From Nitrosopumilus sp. (GTDB taxonomy: Archaea > Thermoproteota > Nitrososphaeria > Nitrososphaerales > Nitrosopumilaceae), in contig CBDBGZ010000005.1 in assembly GCA_965205425.1 (NCBI GenBank), positions 64,001-128,000 on the forward strand: DNA of 64,000 nucleotides, written 5' to 3'. The notes below the pieces were generated by a model, which ran no database searches, was not told where the DNA came from, and was given only the letters and a program-made list of their open reading frames with translations. Numbering within the stretch: position 1 is the stretch's first letter; every line of letters starts with the position of its first letter. The position numbers were made by a program, and so were the translations under genes. Below, piece by piece: positions 46,262 to 57,564 of the stretch.

Positions 46262-47581
46262 ATGTTGCAACAATTTGCAAATACACATTCCATGAGAAAT
46301 GAAATTCTTAGTCTAATGGTAGAGAATGGACTAGAAGATGACTGTTATGTGGAAATGTTAGATTATACTATTGACCTTTTTGAAAGTCAAGGACTTGGAA
46401 CAGAATATTATGGATATCACAACATTAATCATGAATTAGAAGTAACATATGTCTCATTATTAGCAATAAAACAAAATAAAATTCAATTTACTGATGAGGA
46501 TATAAAATATTTGTATGTTGCAGCTTTGTTTCATGATTTTGATCCTCAAAAAAGTGTAGATAAACCTCATGAAGAAAGTGTCTTGAAATTTATTTCAGTG
46601 GATAGAAAACTTCGTCAATTAATTACAGAAGCAAATATTGATTTAGAAATTATCAAAGTTTTGATATTAAGAACAACATACCCTTGGAGTGGAGAATTAA
46701 AAAATAATGCAGAAATTCAGATCAAACAATCTTTTGATAGTTCTGACTTGACAAGAAACAATTTACCATATCAAGAACATATAATGGAAATGGGATGGTA
46801 TCTATCAGTAGTAGATAGAATTAGTGGGTATGCATTGGGAGATTTTGCAAAGGCAATGGAGAGGGCAAAAATGAATGCACATGCTCTAGCATGGAGACCA
46901 TCATTAATTGTAAGAAGTGCAGTTGCATATTTTGAAGAATTATTAAATAAAGAAACAGATATGGCAAAAGGAATTCTCAAAGTTCTTCCAAAAGAAATGA
47001 GAAAAAATTTCTTTGATACAGTATTATCATTTATGAAAATTAGACAACAAGAAATTACCATTCAAGCAAATTATTCATATGAAAATCTAAAGATGATTCC
47101 TACAATCGAGTCAATGACAACCAGAGAAGATCCCAAGTTCATAAATACACTATATGAAATATTTATGGAATTACCAACACCATTACAATTTGAAAAAGAG
47201 AATTTTGAAAAATCGGTAAAAGATCCACATGTAATTATCAATACATTAAGACTAAATGACAAAAATGGGGAAATCATAGGTTTTTCCAAAGGAGGACCTC
47301 TAGAAAACTATCAGTTACGAGAAGAGATCAGAGATGAAAATTACGGGGTAGGAAATACAATATTTTTGGAACCATTGGCACTTAAAATGGGCTACTGGGG
47401 CCTAAAAGGAGGAAGCGAGATGCGCCATATGTTCATCATGCAAGCTCATTCTATGAAATTCAAGTATCTCACAAGCTTTGCATTAAGAGATGTAATCAGA
47501 GCGAGAATAGACAAAGAACAAGCTGAATTTGTCACATTATTTGATCCTGAGAGATGGGATTACTATAGAATCAAAGTGTAG
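46262..47581 (+). CDS. HD-domain protein
   Basis: YHNINHE..AALFHDFD..PHEE. Confidence 0.7.
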   Translation: MLQQFANTHSMRNEILSLMVENGLEDDCYVEMLDYTIDLFESQGLGTEYYGYHNINHELEVTYVSLLAIKQNKIQFTDEDIKYLYVAALFHDFDPQKSVDKPHEESVLKFISVDRKLRQLITEANIDLEIIKVLILRTTYPWSGELKNNAEIQIKQSFDSSDLTRNNLPYQEHIMEMGWYLSVVDRISGYALGDFAKAMERAKMNAHALAWRPSLIVRSAVAYFEELLNKETDMAKGILKVLPKEMRKNFFDTVLSFMKIRQQEITIQANYSYENLKMIPTIESMTTREDPKFINTLYEIFMELPTPLQFEKENFEKSVKDPHVIINTLRLNDKNGEIIGFSKGGPLENYQLREEIRDENYGVGNTIFLEPLALKMGYWGLKGGSEMRHMFIMQAHSMKFKYLTSFALRDVIRARIDKEQAEFVTLFDPERWDYYRIKV

Positions 47582-47590
47582 ATTCGCCAC

Positions 47591-49042
47591 ATGGAAAAAT
47601 TACTTGTTAAAACACTAGAAACAAAAATTCAAGGAAAAGTATTTTCAACTAAAGAATTTAGAGATTTTTACTCAGTGGATGCAAGCTCGTATAAAATAAT
47701 TCCCAAAGTAATAGTAGTTCCAAAAAATGAAAAAGATGTCATTAATGTAGTAAAAATTGCTAAAAAAATGAAAGGTTCGGTAACTGTACGTGGTGTCGGA
47801 ACAGGATTAGTGGGCAGTGCACTAAACAACGGAATAATTTTAGATATGAAAAATTTTGATTCAGTCAGGCTTAGTAAAAATCATGTAACAGTTGGTACAG
47901 GCACGATAAAGGGGAATCTAGATATAAAATTAGAAAAACAAAAAAAATTCTTTCCTCCCAATCCTTCAATTGGTTCATTTTGTTCTGTAGGAGGAATGCT
48001 AGGAAATAATTCAAGTGGAAGTAGAAGTCTAAAGTATGGAAGTGTAATTGACAATGTTAAAGAAATTACATTCATTGATGGAGATGGAAATAAAATTACT
48101 TTACCTAAAAATGACAAAGTTTCAAAAGATATAATTAAAATTGCAAATACAACAGATTTTAAAAAATTTCCAAATGTAACTAAGAATTCATCAGGGTACA
48201 GATTAGATAAAATTAAAACAAAAAATGATTCACATAAAATTGTCATAGGATCGGAGGGAACATTAGGAATAATATTATCTGCAAAGTTAAAAATTAAAGA
48301 AAAACCAAAAAAAAGAATTCTATTCATTATAGAATACAAATCAATTTTAGATGCATCAGACAATTGTATTGAAATTAATAAAACAAAGCCATCAGCAATA
48401 GAATTTGTAGATAAAACAACTCTAGTTCAAATAGACTATAAATTTGACAGTAAAACCAAATGTTTACTGTTTATAGAATATGATGAAATGATTAATGCAT
48501 CAGAAAAGAAACTCAAATTGGTAATAACAGGTAAAATTGTTAAAAAGATTCAAACAAATACAGACATTACAAAATGGTGGCGATATAGAGATTCATCACT
48601 TCATTATAGTTTAAAATCAATTAAAAAAGAAAAACGCATTCCACATGTAATTGAAGATGCAGCAGTTCCATTGAAAAATCTTCCAAAATTATTTTTAGCA
48701 TTAAATAAAATAAATAAAAAATATAATACAAAATCAATTGTATATGGACATGCAGGAAATGGCAATGTTCACATACGTTTAATTTCAAATAAAAAAGAAA
48801 TTAAAATTATTAAAAAAATAGCAACAGAGTATTTTGAGGAGACAATAAAACTTGGTGGAACTATAACGGCAGAACACGGAGATGGACTTGCACGCTCAGA
48901 ATTTATCAAAATTCAGTATGGGGCAAAAAATTATAAAATATTTAGAAAAATCAAAAAATATTTTGATCCCGCGAATGTGCTCAATCCAGGGAAAATTATC
49001 ACTTCAAAGAGCACCATCATACAAAATCTTGAAAAATTTTAA
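47591..49042 (+). CDS. FAD-linked oxidoreductase (GlcD/D-lactate dehydrogenase family)
   Basis: RGVGTGLVG, GSEGTLG, GHAGNGNVH, EHGDG, NPGK. Confidence 0.9.
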   Translation: MEKLLVKTLETKIQGKVFSTKEFRDFYSVDASSYKIIPKVIVVPKNEKDVINVVKIAKKMKGSVTVRGVGTGLVGSALNNGIILDMKNFDSVRLSKNHVTVGTGTIKGNLDIKLEKQKKFFPPNPSIGSFCSVGGMLGNNSSGSRSLKYGSVIDNVKEITFIDGDGNKITLPKNDKVSKDIIKIANTTDFKKFPNVTKNSSGYRLDKIKTKNDSHKIVIGSEGTLGIILSAKLKIKEKPKKRILFIIEYKSILDASDNCIEINKTKPSAIEFVDKTTLVQIDYKFDSKTKCLLFIEYDEMINASEKKLKLVITGKIVKKIQTNTDITKWWRYRDSSLHYSLKSIKKEKRIPHVIEDAAVPLKNLPKLFLALNKINKKYNTKSIVYGHAGNGNVHIRLISNKKEIKIIKKIATEYFEETIKLGGTITAEHGDGLARSEFIKIQYGAKNYKIFRKIKKYFDPANVLNPGKIITSKSTIIQNLEKF

Positions 49043-49112
49043 AAAAATTGAGTCATCACTAAGAAAGTTCAGTGCAGAAAGGCTTTTGTAACTAAAAAAT
49101 GCCCAAAAAATC

Positions 49113-49541
49113 GTGTTAGGTAAGGGCATAGGTCTATTTACAATATTAGTGGTTACTGTAGGTATTACCCCAGCATTAGGATTGACAGAATCAGAAAGAG
49201 CATCAATTGAAGAACCCAAATTAGTTAATTCCTTTGGTGCACCTGTTGGAAATAATGTCAACGTTGATCAACAAATTCAGATTGCTTCAGATATTACAAA
49301 TAATCAAGAAATAACACAGAATTTTAATTATCTAGTACAAGTTAAAGATTCAAAAGATTTTGTTGTAAAGATTGCATGGTTTAGTGGAGAATTAAATCCA
49401 CATCAAGAATGGAATACATCAGTGTTTTGGGTTCCAGATGAATCAGGAGAATATATTGCAGAAATATTTCTGTGGGAAGGATTCCCAGTAAATCATAATG
49501 CATTATCAGAATACACGACATTACAGATCAGCGTTAGTTAG
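49113..49541 (+). CDS. secreted Ig-like protein
   Basis: signal peptide; YLVQVKD..W.P..SGEY.AEIFLW. Confidence 0.65.
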   Translation: MLGKGIGLFTILVVTVGITPALGLTESERASIEEPKLVNSFGAPVGNNVNVDQQIQIASDITNNQEITQNFNYLVQVKDSKDFVVKIAWFSGELNPHQEWNTSVFWVPDESGEYIAEIFLWEGFPVNHNALSEYTTLQISVS

Positions 49542-49735
49542 AATTTACAAAATATTTTATCAAAAAATTGTATATTTATTTAAGAAATATGAATAATTTA
49601 TTCCTAAATTGATCAAAATAACATCCGATACGAAAAAAATTGTTCTGGAACACAAAAAATGAGATCGGAGATTTGTCTAATAGTGAAAAAAATTTAACAA
49701 GTTCTCGGTAATATGACCTTGAGCCTAGTAGATTT

Positions 49736-49879
49736 ATGACAATAGGATATTGTGTTAAGTGTCGGGACAAACGAGAAATCGGCGGCCCTAAACCATACAC
49801 CATGAAAAATGGTAAACCTGCAATCAAAGGCACATGCCCAACATGCAGTACAGCCATTTTCAGAATCGGTAGAGGATAA
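49736..49879 (+). CDS. 47-aa DUF5679-type Zn-ribbon protein (not in ORF track)
   Basis: own translation MTIGYCVKCRDKREIGGPKPYTMKNGKPAIKGTCPTCSTAIFRIGRG. Confidence 0.8.
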   Translation: MTIGYCVKCRDKREIGGPKPYTMKNGKPAIKGTCPTCSTAIFRIGRG

Positions 49880-49897
49880 ATTTCTCACTAGAGAAAT

Positions 49898-50149
49898 TTA
49901 GTACTGCCATTCATCAGTAAGGCCATTCCACAGGGAACGCATTGGGGATGGATCTTTTTCTATTTCTTCAGTAATTCTATTTTTCAACACAAAAAAGAAA
50001 TTCTCTAAAGCATCAATGCCCCCATCAGCAAATAATTCATGGCCAATTTCAGTAATTCTTTTGTGTTTATCAGATACTTCTGTAGAATCAGGATTCTGAA
50101 GACAAAAAGTCATCAAATCAATTAATTCCTCTTCCAACATGAAATCCAT
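49898..50149 (-). CDS. hypothetical protein
   Basis: 83-aa ORF. Confidence 0.6.
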   Translation of the reverse strand: MDFMLEEELIDLMTFCLQNPDSTEVSDKHKRITEIGHELFADGGIDALENFFFVLKNRITEEIEKDPSPMRSLWNGLTDEWQY

Positions 50150-50206
50150 ATAATTTAGTTGGAAATTCAGTAGAATTTAGACATTTAGATTAAAAAGAAA
50201 AAGAGA

Positions 50207-50581
50207 TTATTTTAGACGTCTATAGATCTCTTTGAATTCACATGATATGTTATACGACATGTTTAGCAAATGTGCCAGTTGATTCATAGTTGTCTTATCA
50301 TGTCCCAATTGTCTTAACAAAGTCAAAGCTTTTTGTGGGGAGTTTGGAGATAAAGGACTTTGTCCAGACCATGTTTTAAAAGCATCTTCTACATCCAAAC
50401 TGAAATTCAAAACAAATTCTTTCCAATTGGGCATTGCCTTTAGAGCTTTTTCATTAAGAAGAACTTCAGACAATTCACGAAATTCATTTTTCCTATCAAG
50501 ATATAACATATCAAGAACTTGGTGAATTTTTTCTTCGCGATATTCTTCAGAATTTAACATGTACATTCCAGCAATACTCAT
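50207..50581 (-). CDS. hypothetical protein
   Basis: 124-aa ORF. Confidence 0.6.
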   Translation of the reverse strand: MSIAGMYMLNSEEYREEKIHQVLDMLYLDRKNEFRELSEVLLNEKALKAMPNWKEFVLNFSLDVEDAFKTWSGQSPLSPNSPQKALTLLRQLGHDKTTMNQLAHLLNMSYNISCEFKEIYRRLK

Positions 50582-50702
50582 GAATTACTATACTCGCAAT
50601 CAAAGATAAGTTAGATACACAATTCTCAAAAAAAGTGTTAAAAAAAATCTTTAAAAATGAACAAATGTTCAACCATTAAAAAAATAAAAAGAAAAAAAGA
50701 TC

Positions 50703-52064
50703 TTATTGGAATGGATCGATAAATGGACAGTTGACAATATGGTCACTATCCATTGGACGTGCAATACCAATGTTGATCAAACCAGCTTCGTTGTATGCGT
50801 TCATATCATCAATGGTTTCTAGTAATTGCGCATCATCTGGATTTTCCCAGCCAATCATAAAGATTCTCCACATTGGAGAATAGTTAGCATCGCCAGGAGC
50901 ACCGGCTGCAATTCCAGGTTGAAATCCTAATGGACCAGTACCTGTTAAACCATTTTTGAACTGATACAAGTCTACTGCTGCTGAATTTGCAATCAAGCTT
51001 GCAGATGTTGGTGAACTGACAACACCCATCATTCCGGCAGGGCCGCTTGGAGTAGCATCTGTTACAATGTAATAGATAGTTCTACCATCTGGACCCCATC
51101 CACGATGAGCTATGAAAGTTACATTCATCTCTTCTGTATCGATATCAAGAACTTGACCACCACCGTAAGGAGTAACATCAGTTAATGTTTTGTCTTCCTT
51201 AACCATCATTTGACCTTCAGGCCAAACAATTTGAGGCATGTTCAAAACTACATCAATTTCTGTCAATGTAATTTCATTATTCTCAGCTGCTTCTGCAACC
51301 ATTGCTTCTGAATCAAGTACTCTTGGAGTTGCATCATCATTCCACATCACATGAACATGTGAGGTCAATGCACTGTACACATCTGCTTGTGCAGGAGTAC
51401 TAGTGAATATTTGACCTTGGTATCCGTGTATACCATCGCCTTCAATGCCGTTGGTAAACAAGTATACTGTTGAAAGTGCGTCTTCAGGAGTGTTCTTCAA
51501 TAAAGGAGCAAGTTCTACTTGCCATCCTTGATTTGCAGTAATTATGTCTGCATGTGTAGGATCACTTGAATCAGTGATGATATAGTAAACATCTTCACCG
51601 TTATAGTATCCTTGATGCATAGGAATTGTTGCTGGAACATTTGCTCTTGATAATCTAAGTACAGAACCCAAGTCTGCTTCAGTTTCTTCCATAGTTTCTT
51701 TCATGTGTTCTTCTTCATGGGTTTCTTCCATAGTTTCTTCCATGTGTTCTTCTTCATGGGTTTCTTCCATAGTTTCTTCCATGTGTTCTTCTTCATGGGT
51801 TTCTTCCATAGTTTCTTCCATGTGTTCTTCAACTGGAGCTACAGGAGCGACACTACTACCTTGGTCTGCTTTCCAAGCGGCTTTACCGCCAGGATAGTTA
51901 GAGCAAAGGTCTAATCCACAGATACCGGTACTTGAACCATATTGAGAGGTTCCAGTACCTTTGCTTTTGAGGGCTTCAGCATCTGAGAAATAATCTGTCG
52001 TCATACCTGCTGTAAACAAGGGTAAAATTGCAAGGAGTGCAATGTATCTTAGACTCTTGTTCAT
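50703..52064 (-). CDS. secreted protein with His/Met/Glu-rich tandem repeat and two homologous domains
   Basis: signal peptide; EEHMEETMEETH repeats; duplicated YYI.TD....YS....NxP domains. Confidence 0.75.
   Translation of the reverse strand: MNKSLRYIALLAILPLFTAGMTTDYFSDAEALKSKGTGTSQYGSSTGICGLDLCSNYPGGKAAWKADQGSSVAPVAPVEEHMEETMEETHEEEHMEETMEETHEEEHMEETMEETHEEEHMKETMEETEADLGSVLRLSRANVPATIPMHQGYYNGEDVYYIITDSSDPTHADIITANQGWQVELAPLLKNTPEDALSTVYLFTNGIEGDGIHGYQGQIFTSTPAQADVYSALTSHVHVMWNDDATPRVLDSEAMVAEAAENNEITLTEIDVVLNMPQIVWPEGQMMVKEDKTLTDVTPYGGGQVLDIDTEEMNVTFIAHRGWGPDGRTIYYIVTDATPSGPAGMMGVVSSPTSASLIANSAAVDLYQFKNGLTGTGPLGFQPGIAAGAPGDANYSPMWRIFMIGWENPDDAQLLETIDDMNAYNEAGLINIGIARPMDSDHIVNCPFIDPFQ
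51684..51830. repeat. 39-bp coding tandem repeat (~3.7 copies)
   Basis: TTCTTCCATAGTTTCTTCCATGTGTTCTTCTTCATGGGT units. Confidence 0.9.
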
Positions 52065-52143
52065 AAGTGAAAAGTTATGATTTTTGTATATAATTCAATC
52101 GTTTTAGGCACATTTTTAAGGTATAATGGTAGATATTAAGTAA

Positions 52144-52311
52144 ATGTCTACCTTTCTTTCAAAAACCAAAAATCGAGTCAGTTTTGAGGAGCGAATACAG
52201 ACAAAAGCAGTCAATACTCAAAAAACATCCCAGTCAGCAATAAGAAACTTTGAGAGATTTTGCAAGGAAAACTATGGCAAATCAATGGAGGAGACAATAT
52301 CAGAGAGTTGA
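52144..52311 (+). pseudogene. possible N-terminal remnant of an integrase
   Basis: own translation ...AVNTQKTSQSAIRNFERFCKENYGKSMEE resembles integrase core-binding N-termini; lies at island edge. Confidence 0.3.
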
Positions 52312-53111
52312 GATGGAACTAGTCTACGAGTGCAAAAGTAAATAAAAATCTGCCATCAAGATTTTATCAAAAAATTATTATAACAAATATGGAAAATGTA
52401 TGTTATGAATACAGCACTACAATATAGAAAAATTAAGGTGTTGCCACAAAATGAAGCGAGGATGCTGGATATTTTGTTGTCTACCAGTCAACAATTCAAT
52501 GCCATTTCAAAAGATGAATATTATATTACAGAGAAACAGTCCAACATCCTTACTAAAAAAAGAGTTCCATATCAGAAATTATAATAAAGCTAACCAAGAA
52601 AATCAAACTACATTACAAGCTGTTGCAATTTTATAACGATGGACAACGTATTCCCAACAAAAAAATACTCAAAGTAAAAAATTTTTTCATAAGCAAATAT
52701 GGCTTGATTATCAGTAGATAGTTGAGACTTGGGCATAATCAATTATTTAATGAATATTGCAAGGAACAAATAAACTACAAAGCACATCACAAAGATCCTA
52801 AAATGAAAATTAATATTACATTTGAACATGATGATTCAGAGTTTATTATGTCACTAATGAAATTAAAGATTGTAAAAGATCTGCAGCAATCTGATACAAC
52901 TCTAAATTTTTAGCCCAAATTGTTATCAATTCTGATATTTTATCAACATAACTTGATGTAGTATTGGTAAAAGGAATTTTTGATTCTTTAATCTTGTTTA
53001 CAGATTTATCTATAAAATTTTCAACAATGTCCATACCATCACCAGTAATTCCTCCAGTTGGTCCAAAAAACTCAGTGCCATCATCAGAATAATCGATTGT
53101 GCCTTTTACTA

Positions 53112-55165
53112 TAGCGAAAAGATAAAGTTCGTGAACTAAATTATTCCAAAACAAAAAACTTTTTGATCACTATGTATGGTAAAATTTGATGAACAAGTTA
53201 GAATCACTTGAAGTAGCATACAAAAAAGAAAACTCCAAGGTTGCAGTAAGGATGCTTGCAGTGTTGATGATTCTAAAGGATGGTAAGGAATTAGAACACA
53301 CTGCAAAGACACTGCACAAGCTGGGTGAGAAAATGGACGAGTCGTTGAGATAGATGGCCTCTACGACCACCCAAGAAGTGGCAGGCCAAGAACAATCTCC
53401 CAGACTCGAATGGATGCTATCATGTCAAAAGCAATGCTAACTTTGTTTACCCCCATAATGTTGCAACAAAGTATCTTTTATTCCACTGGAGTAAAATTTC
53501 ACATAACCCACATCAGAAAGATAATGCACCAATACGGCATGTCTGCAAAAACTGCACAAAAATATCACATCAACCATGCAAGTATATCTGCTGTGAGAAG
53601 CTGGCAACAACGCATCAAAAAGAGAATTTCACGCCTAAAAAAGAAAGGATTTGTCATTGCAATGGCTGATGAAGCATTCTTTGTAAGGGATACAAAAACA
53701 GGAAAAAAGTACTGGTCACCAGTTGCCAAGAGAATATTTCTTCCATATACAGGACGACATGAGAGTCTGGCAGTGTATGGTACAATTACAGAAAATGGCA
53801 ATCAACTATTCAGAGTTTATGACAAATTCGGCCTTGTAGAAACCATAATAAAATAACAAAATCTAATTTTCTAATCCTGTAAGCATTGTATGCAATTAAC
53901 CTGTACAACATCTCATTGTCCTGAGTTGTAACATTTCTTGATGTGACATCTCCTGACATTATCTGTTTGATCACAAAAAAGATTGTTTCAGATTTGTTTC
54001 TCTGATGGTACAATTGTACAGGAAAGTTCCTCTTCATCTCCTTTCTGTGAATTCCGCTGGTTCTGTAAATTGGAACTGTTCTATATCGAGTTGGAATCAT
54101 TGCAGCTGTGTTGATCTGTTCTGCACCAACATGGTTATTCTCATCATCAAAACCCATGTCACCTAACACAATATCAACTGGAACAATATTGTTGGTTTTG
54201 TACAACAATGGCAGAAAATCAGGATTATCATGTTGCATGTTGTGGTGTGTCATGACACAGCAAACAAGCTGTGTATTCATGTCAGCACAAACAACAACTT
54301 TTAGGAAATTTCTGCGTAACTGTACTCTTTTTGTATAATAGTATGATGCTGTACTGTAACTGAATCCGCTACCATCAATTCCAGCTAGAACCAGTCTGAC
54401 TTTTTTGTACAAAATGAATTCCTGCAACATTTTATGTAACAGATTTCCTTCCAGTCTTGCAGCTGCCTTTTGTAGTGTGGTGTAATGTGGAATGGTAGAC
54501 AAACCAAGATATTCCTGAATTCCTACACATTCTTCTAAAAATTCTGTAAATCTTCTATAACTCTTTGATTCGTACTGTCGTATTGCCAAGAGTATGAGAT
54601 GTGTCCAAACAGAATAGATATGATTTGATTTTGGATGTAAGAACCTAGAATTCTGCATCTGGTGATTATATTGAGTAGTGTTTTGCACATTTTGACGTAT
54701 GATGAGACCATACTGTAATCTGCAAATACAATCCTAATGGATCTAAATTAGCTAAAATGTATCACAATTGGGTTAAAATCAGATGGTTTCTACAAGGCCG
54801 ACAAATTCAATGCTGTGACATTTGTAGAGTACCTAAAGGAATTGCATCAGAAATACGGCAAGATTGCAATCATTTTAGATAGAGCATCAGTTCACAAATC
54901 AAAGAAGGTAAAGGAATATCTTGCAAACAATAGAGATGTCAAACTAATCTGGTTGCCAAAGGGATCACCATACTTGAAGAACATGATAGAGCAGTGCTGG
55001 AAGATAAGCAAGTATGCATTGTTGGTTTCAGAGTATTATGCAATGTTTACAATAATGAACAAGGCAGTGTCCGAATATTTCAGAGTGACAAAGTTCAAGC
55101 TTGATGTTGCAAATTATATCTTTAGAAATCCTGCAAAGATGTTTGCGAACTTTTGATCGTCGCTA
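53112..55165 (+). mobile_element. IS630-family element, copy 2, degraded and interrupted by IS5-like copy 3
   Basis: reverse complement of 44960-46045; TA duplication at 53110-53111 and 55166-55167; transposase pieces 53410-53856 and 54815-55156. Confidence 0.9.
53830..54799 (-). mobile_element. IS5-like element, copy 3 (970 bp, 1-bp deletion near transposase start)
   Basis: same IRs; 9-bp TSD GACAAATTC at 53821-53829 and 54800-54808. Confidence 0.92.
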
Positions 55166-55504
55166 TAGATTCTTTTTTATTAAATATCCCTAATTATGTT
55201 GATAATCCTTTGAATCAATATCTTTTAGTTTTTCATTATCCAATTGGTCAGGAATACCTGTCTGATTTCTCATTGCTTTGTAATAATCAAATAGAATTTC
55301 TAATCTAATTTGTCTATCATTTATAATTATGATTTGTAATGTATATTAATAAATAAATTATTTCTTTTCCATCTCGTAAAAACAATTAGAACACAAATAT
55401 TCATAATCTAGATATTCATCAAATGTGAAAACCCATTTCTCTTCTCCACAAGAATCGCAAATTCCTACAGTTCTATTTGTACCATCATGCATTATTCTAA
55501 TTAT

Positions 55505-56188
55505 TCAAGACTGTTTTATATCATCTACGTTATAATCCAGTCTATTTATCATGTTTACAGTAAGATCAAGATTGTTCATCAGTGCTTGGTCTTTGTCTGG
55601 ATGAAGATTCTTTTTTATCTCATTTATACCTGATTCTACCAGTACGCTTGCCATGTCGCGATAGTATCTTTTGTGGGAATCTCTGTATCTTGTATCTGCA
55701 ATATCATCTGCATTACTGTAGGTTTTATATCCTCCAATATTTTGAGACGTGATACCCTGAGGATGGAATGTAAAGATAGCATCAAGCAAATGTTTTATTG
55801 TATCTGGACTAAATATGTCAGAGGCAAGCTCCCTTTGAAGAGCTTTGAAATATTGCAAAACATACTCTTCTCCCACCAGATTAAAACTCAGAGTAGATTT
55901 TATTATTTCAGGACTTGGGTTTGAATAGATTTCCCTGATGTATTTTTTATCCTTGTGGTTGGAGGTTCCGGTAATTTTCTCAGGTGTTGTATTGGAGATT
56001 TTAATCATATCAGATAACAGGACAAATCCCTGCATAGAATTTGTTATTCTTGATATAATGTCATTTTTTGCCTTGGAGAGTCTCTTTGTTTCAGTCTTTG
56101 AGCGGTTCCCAACTCCAAATTCTTGATTGTAGTGGCCCTTTAGAAGGTCAAGAATCTTTCTTTCAAACTGGGTAATTTCATCAGGCAT
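55505..56188 (-). CDS. hypothetical protein in island
   Basis: 227-aa ORF downstream of hsdS; no motif recognised. Confidence 0.55.
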   Translation of the reverse strand: MPDEITQFERKILDLLKGHYNQEFGVGNRSKTETKRLSKAKNDIISRITNSMQGFVLLSDMIKISNTTPEKITGTSNHKDKKYIREIYSNPSPEIIKSTLSFNLVGEEYVLQYFKALQRELASDIFSPDTIKHLLDAIFTFHPQGITSQNIGGYKTYSNADDIADTRYRDSHKRYYRDMASVLVESGINEIKKNLHPDKDQALMNNLDLTVNMINRLDYNVDDIKQS

Positions 56189-56245
56189 TGCTTAAAATTG
56201 GTAGAAGTTTTATTAAAATCTACTTTAATTCACATCTTTGCAGAG

Positions 56246-56854
56246 TTATACTTTTACACGTATCTTTCCAGTCAGTAATTTTTGCATCAGACCTTTCTTT
56301 AGAATTTCTAGCTTTTTCTTGTATTCTTGGTTTTTCTGAATGTATGCATCAACTCCAGACAGGATTGACGCAATTTTTTGCTGTTCTGATAATAGAGGGC
56401 AAATTATTGGTATTACACACATATCTCTTTGATTTAATTTTGGTATGGCTGTAGATGCCACAAATTTGACTAATGAAATATGATTTAGAACTTTTTCAAG
56501 AAAATAATGTGATATATTTTCTTTCATTTTTAAAACATGAGCGTGGTTATTAACCCAACATTTTTCCTCAATGGTAAACGCAATAGGCAATACCCTGCTT
56601 TTTAAATTTTCACCATCTTCTGATAAACACAATATTCTTTCATCAAAAATATAATCATCAATATGATCAATGATACCAGAAGCTCCATAATACGGATATT
56701 TTCCAAATCTTTTTTTCCTTTCAGATACTTCCAAGGGAATACGTTTAGAATCTAGAATATTCACTAATGTTTCTAATTTTCTAATCTCCCACTCTTCAGG
56801 AATCTCAATCTCTTTTCCAAACAGCCAAGTAACCTTCTTGTAGCCTTTCCTCAT
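56246..56854 (-). CDS. hsdS: type I R-M specificity subunit, half-size (single TRD)
   Basis: EIPEEWE, GKYPYYGASG TRD, EQQKIASIL..LKKGLMQKLLTGKIRV. Confidence 0.85.
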   Translation of the reverse strand: MRKGYKKVTWLFGKEIEIPEEWEIRKLETLVNILDSKRIPLEVSERKKRFGKYPYYGASGIIDHIDDYIFDERILCLSEDGENLKSRVLPIAFTIEEKCWVNNHAHVLKMKENISHYFLEKVLNHISLVKFVASTAIPKLNQRDMCVIPIICPLLSEQQKIASILSGVDAYIQKNQEYKKKLEILKKGLMQKLLTGKIRVKV

Positions 56855-56863
56855 GTCGGTAAA

Positions 56864-57532
56864 CTATCCGCCATATGCACATACACCCATTCTGGGAGAA
56901 TTAATAACAGACAAAAATGAGGGTTCATCATCTCCTGATTCCTCACACGTATGTTTTTCCAAACAATCTTCACAATAAAATCCATTATCATAATCTCTAC
57001 ACATCTCACATAGAGACGTGGCCACTCCTTCACATGACTTACAATTATATCTGAACTGATTGTTTCTTGCCAGCAACTCTATCGTTTTTGTTTCATGAGG
57101 TACGTCATTTTGTGTAGCATATACTTCTAATCTCAATGTTGTAGTCCAACCATAGTCGTATTCATGGGAGAATTTCATTCCATGATGTAAAATATTTTTT
57201 ATCTTCACACGCATTGTCTTTGAATCCAATTCCCCAAACATGTCATCCTTTGATTTCTCATAGTATACATCATCAATTATAAAATGACTTAGATGACCAC
57301 AGCATTCAAGCCAGATATCTCTCAAAAATGCATCCAATTCATCTAATGTATAGTCTACATCTACTTTGACAAACATCCAATACCAAGATCCATGTCCAGT
57401 AATCTTTAGTACAAATGACTGTTTTTCATTGTCTGTTTGTATTTTTGTGCATTTTAGTAAATGCCTTCCCATCTGAGTCAATGAAAATACGCTTTTACAA
57501 GTATAACAAATTCCCTTTGTAACCAATGACAT
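56864..57532 (-). CDS. plasmid pRiA4b ORF3-like protein
   Basis: TL.ELDAFLRDIWLECCGHLSHF, HEYDYG.TT, NSPRMGVCAY. Confidence 0.7.
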   Translation of the reverse strand: MSLVTKGICYTCKSVFSLTQMGRHLLKCTKIQTDNEKQSFVLKITGHGSWYWMFVKVDVDYTLDELDAFLRDIWLECCGHLSHFIIDDVYYEKSKDDMFGELDSKTMRVKIKNILHHGMKFSHEYDYGWTTTLRLEVYATQNDVPHETKTIELLARNNQFRYNCKSCEGVATSLCEMCRDYDNGFYCEDCLEKHTCEESGDDEPSFLSVINSPRMGVCAYGG

Positions 57533-57564
57533 TTGTAAATTTTTTATCTAATTAAACATATATC

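Larger units (their letters stand above)
52846..55335 (-). pseudogene. hypothetical gene split by IS630 copy 2 and carrying an in-frame stop
   Basis: removing the IS joins ...GYLIKKNL|VKGTIDYSDDG in frame. Confidence 0.6.

Noticed and set aside
49576..49888. two minus-strand ORFs (93 and 64 aa)
   Set aside because: antisense shadows of the DUF5679-type gene at 49736-49879
51703..51914. Phe-rich and Ser-rich repeat ORFs
   Set aside because: antisense to the 39-bp coding repeat
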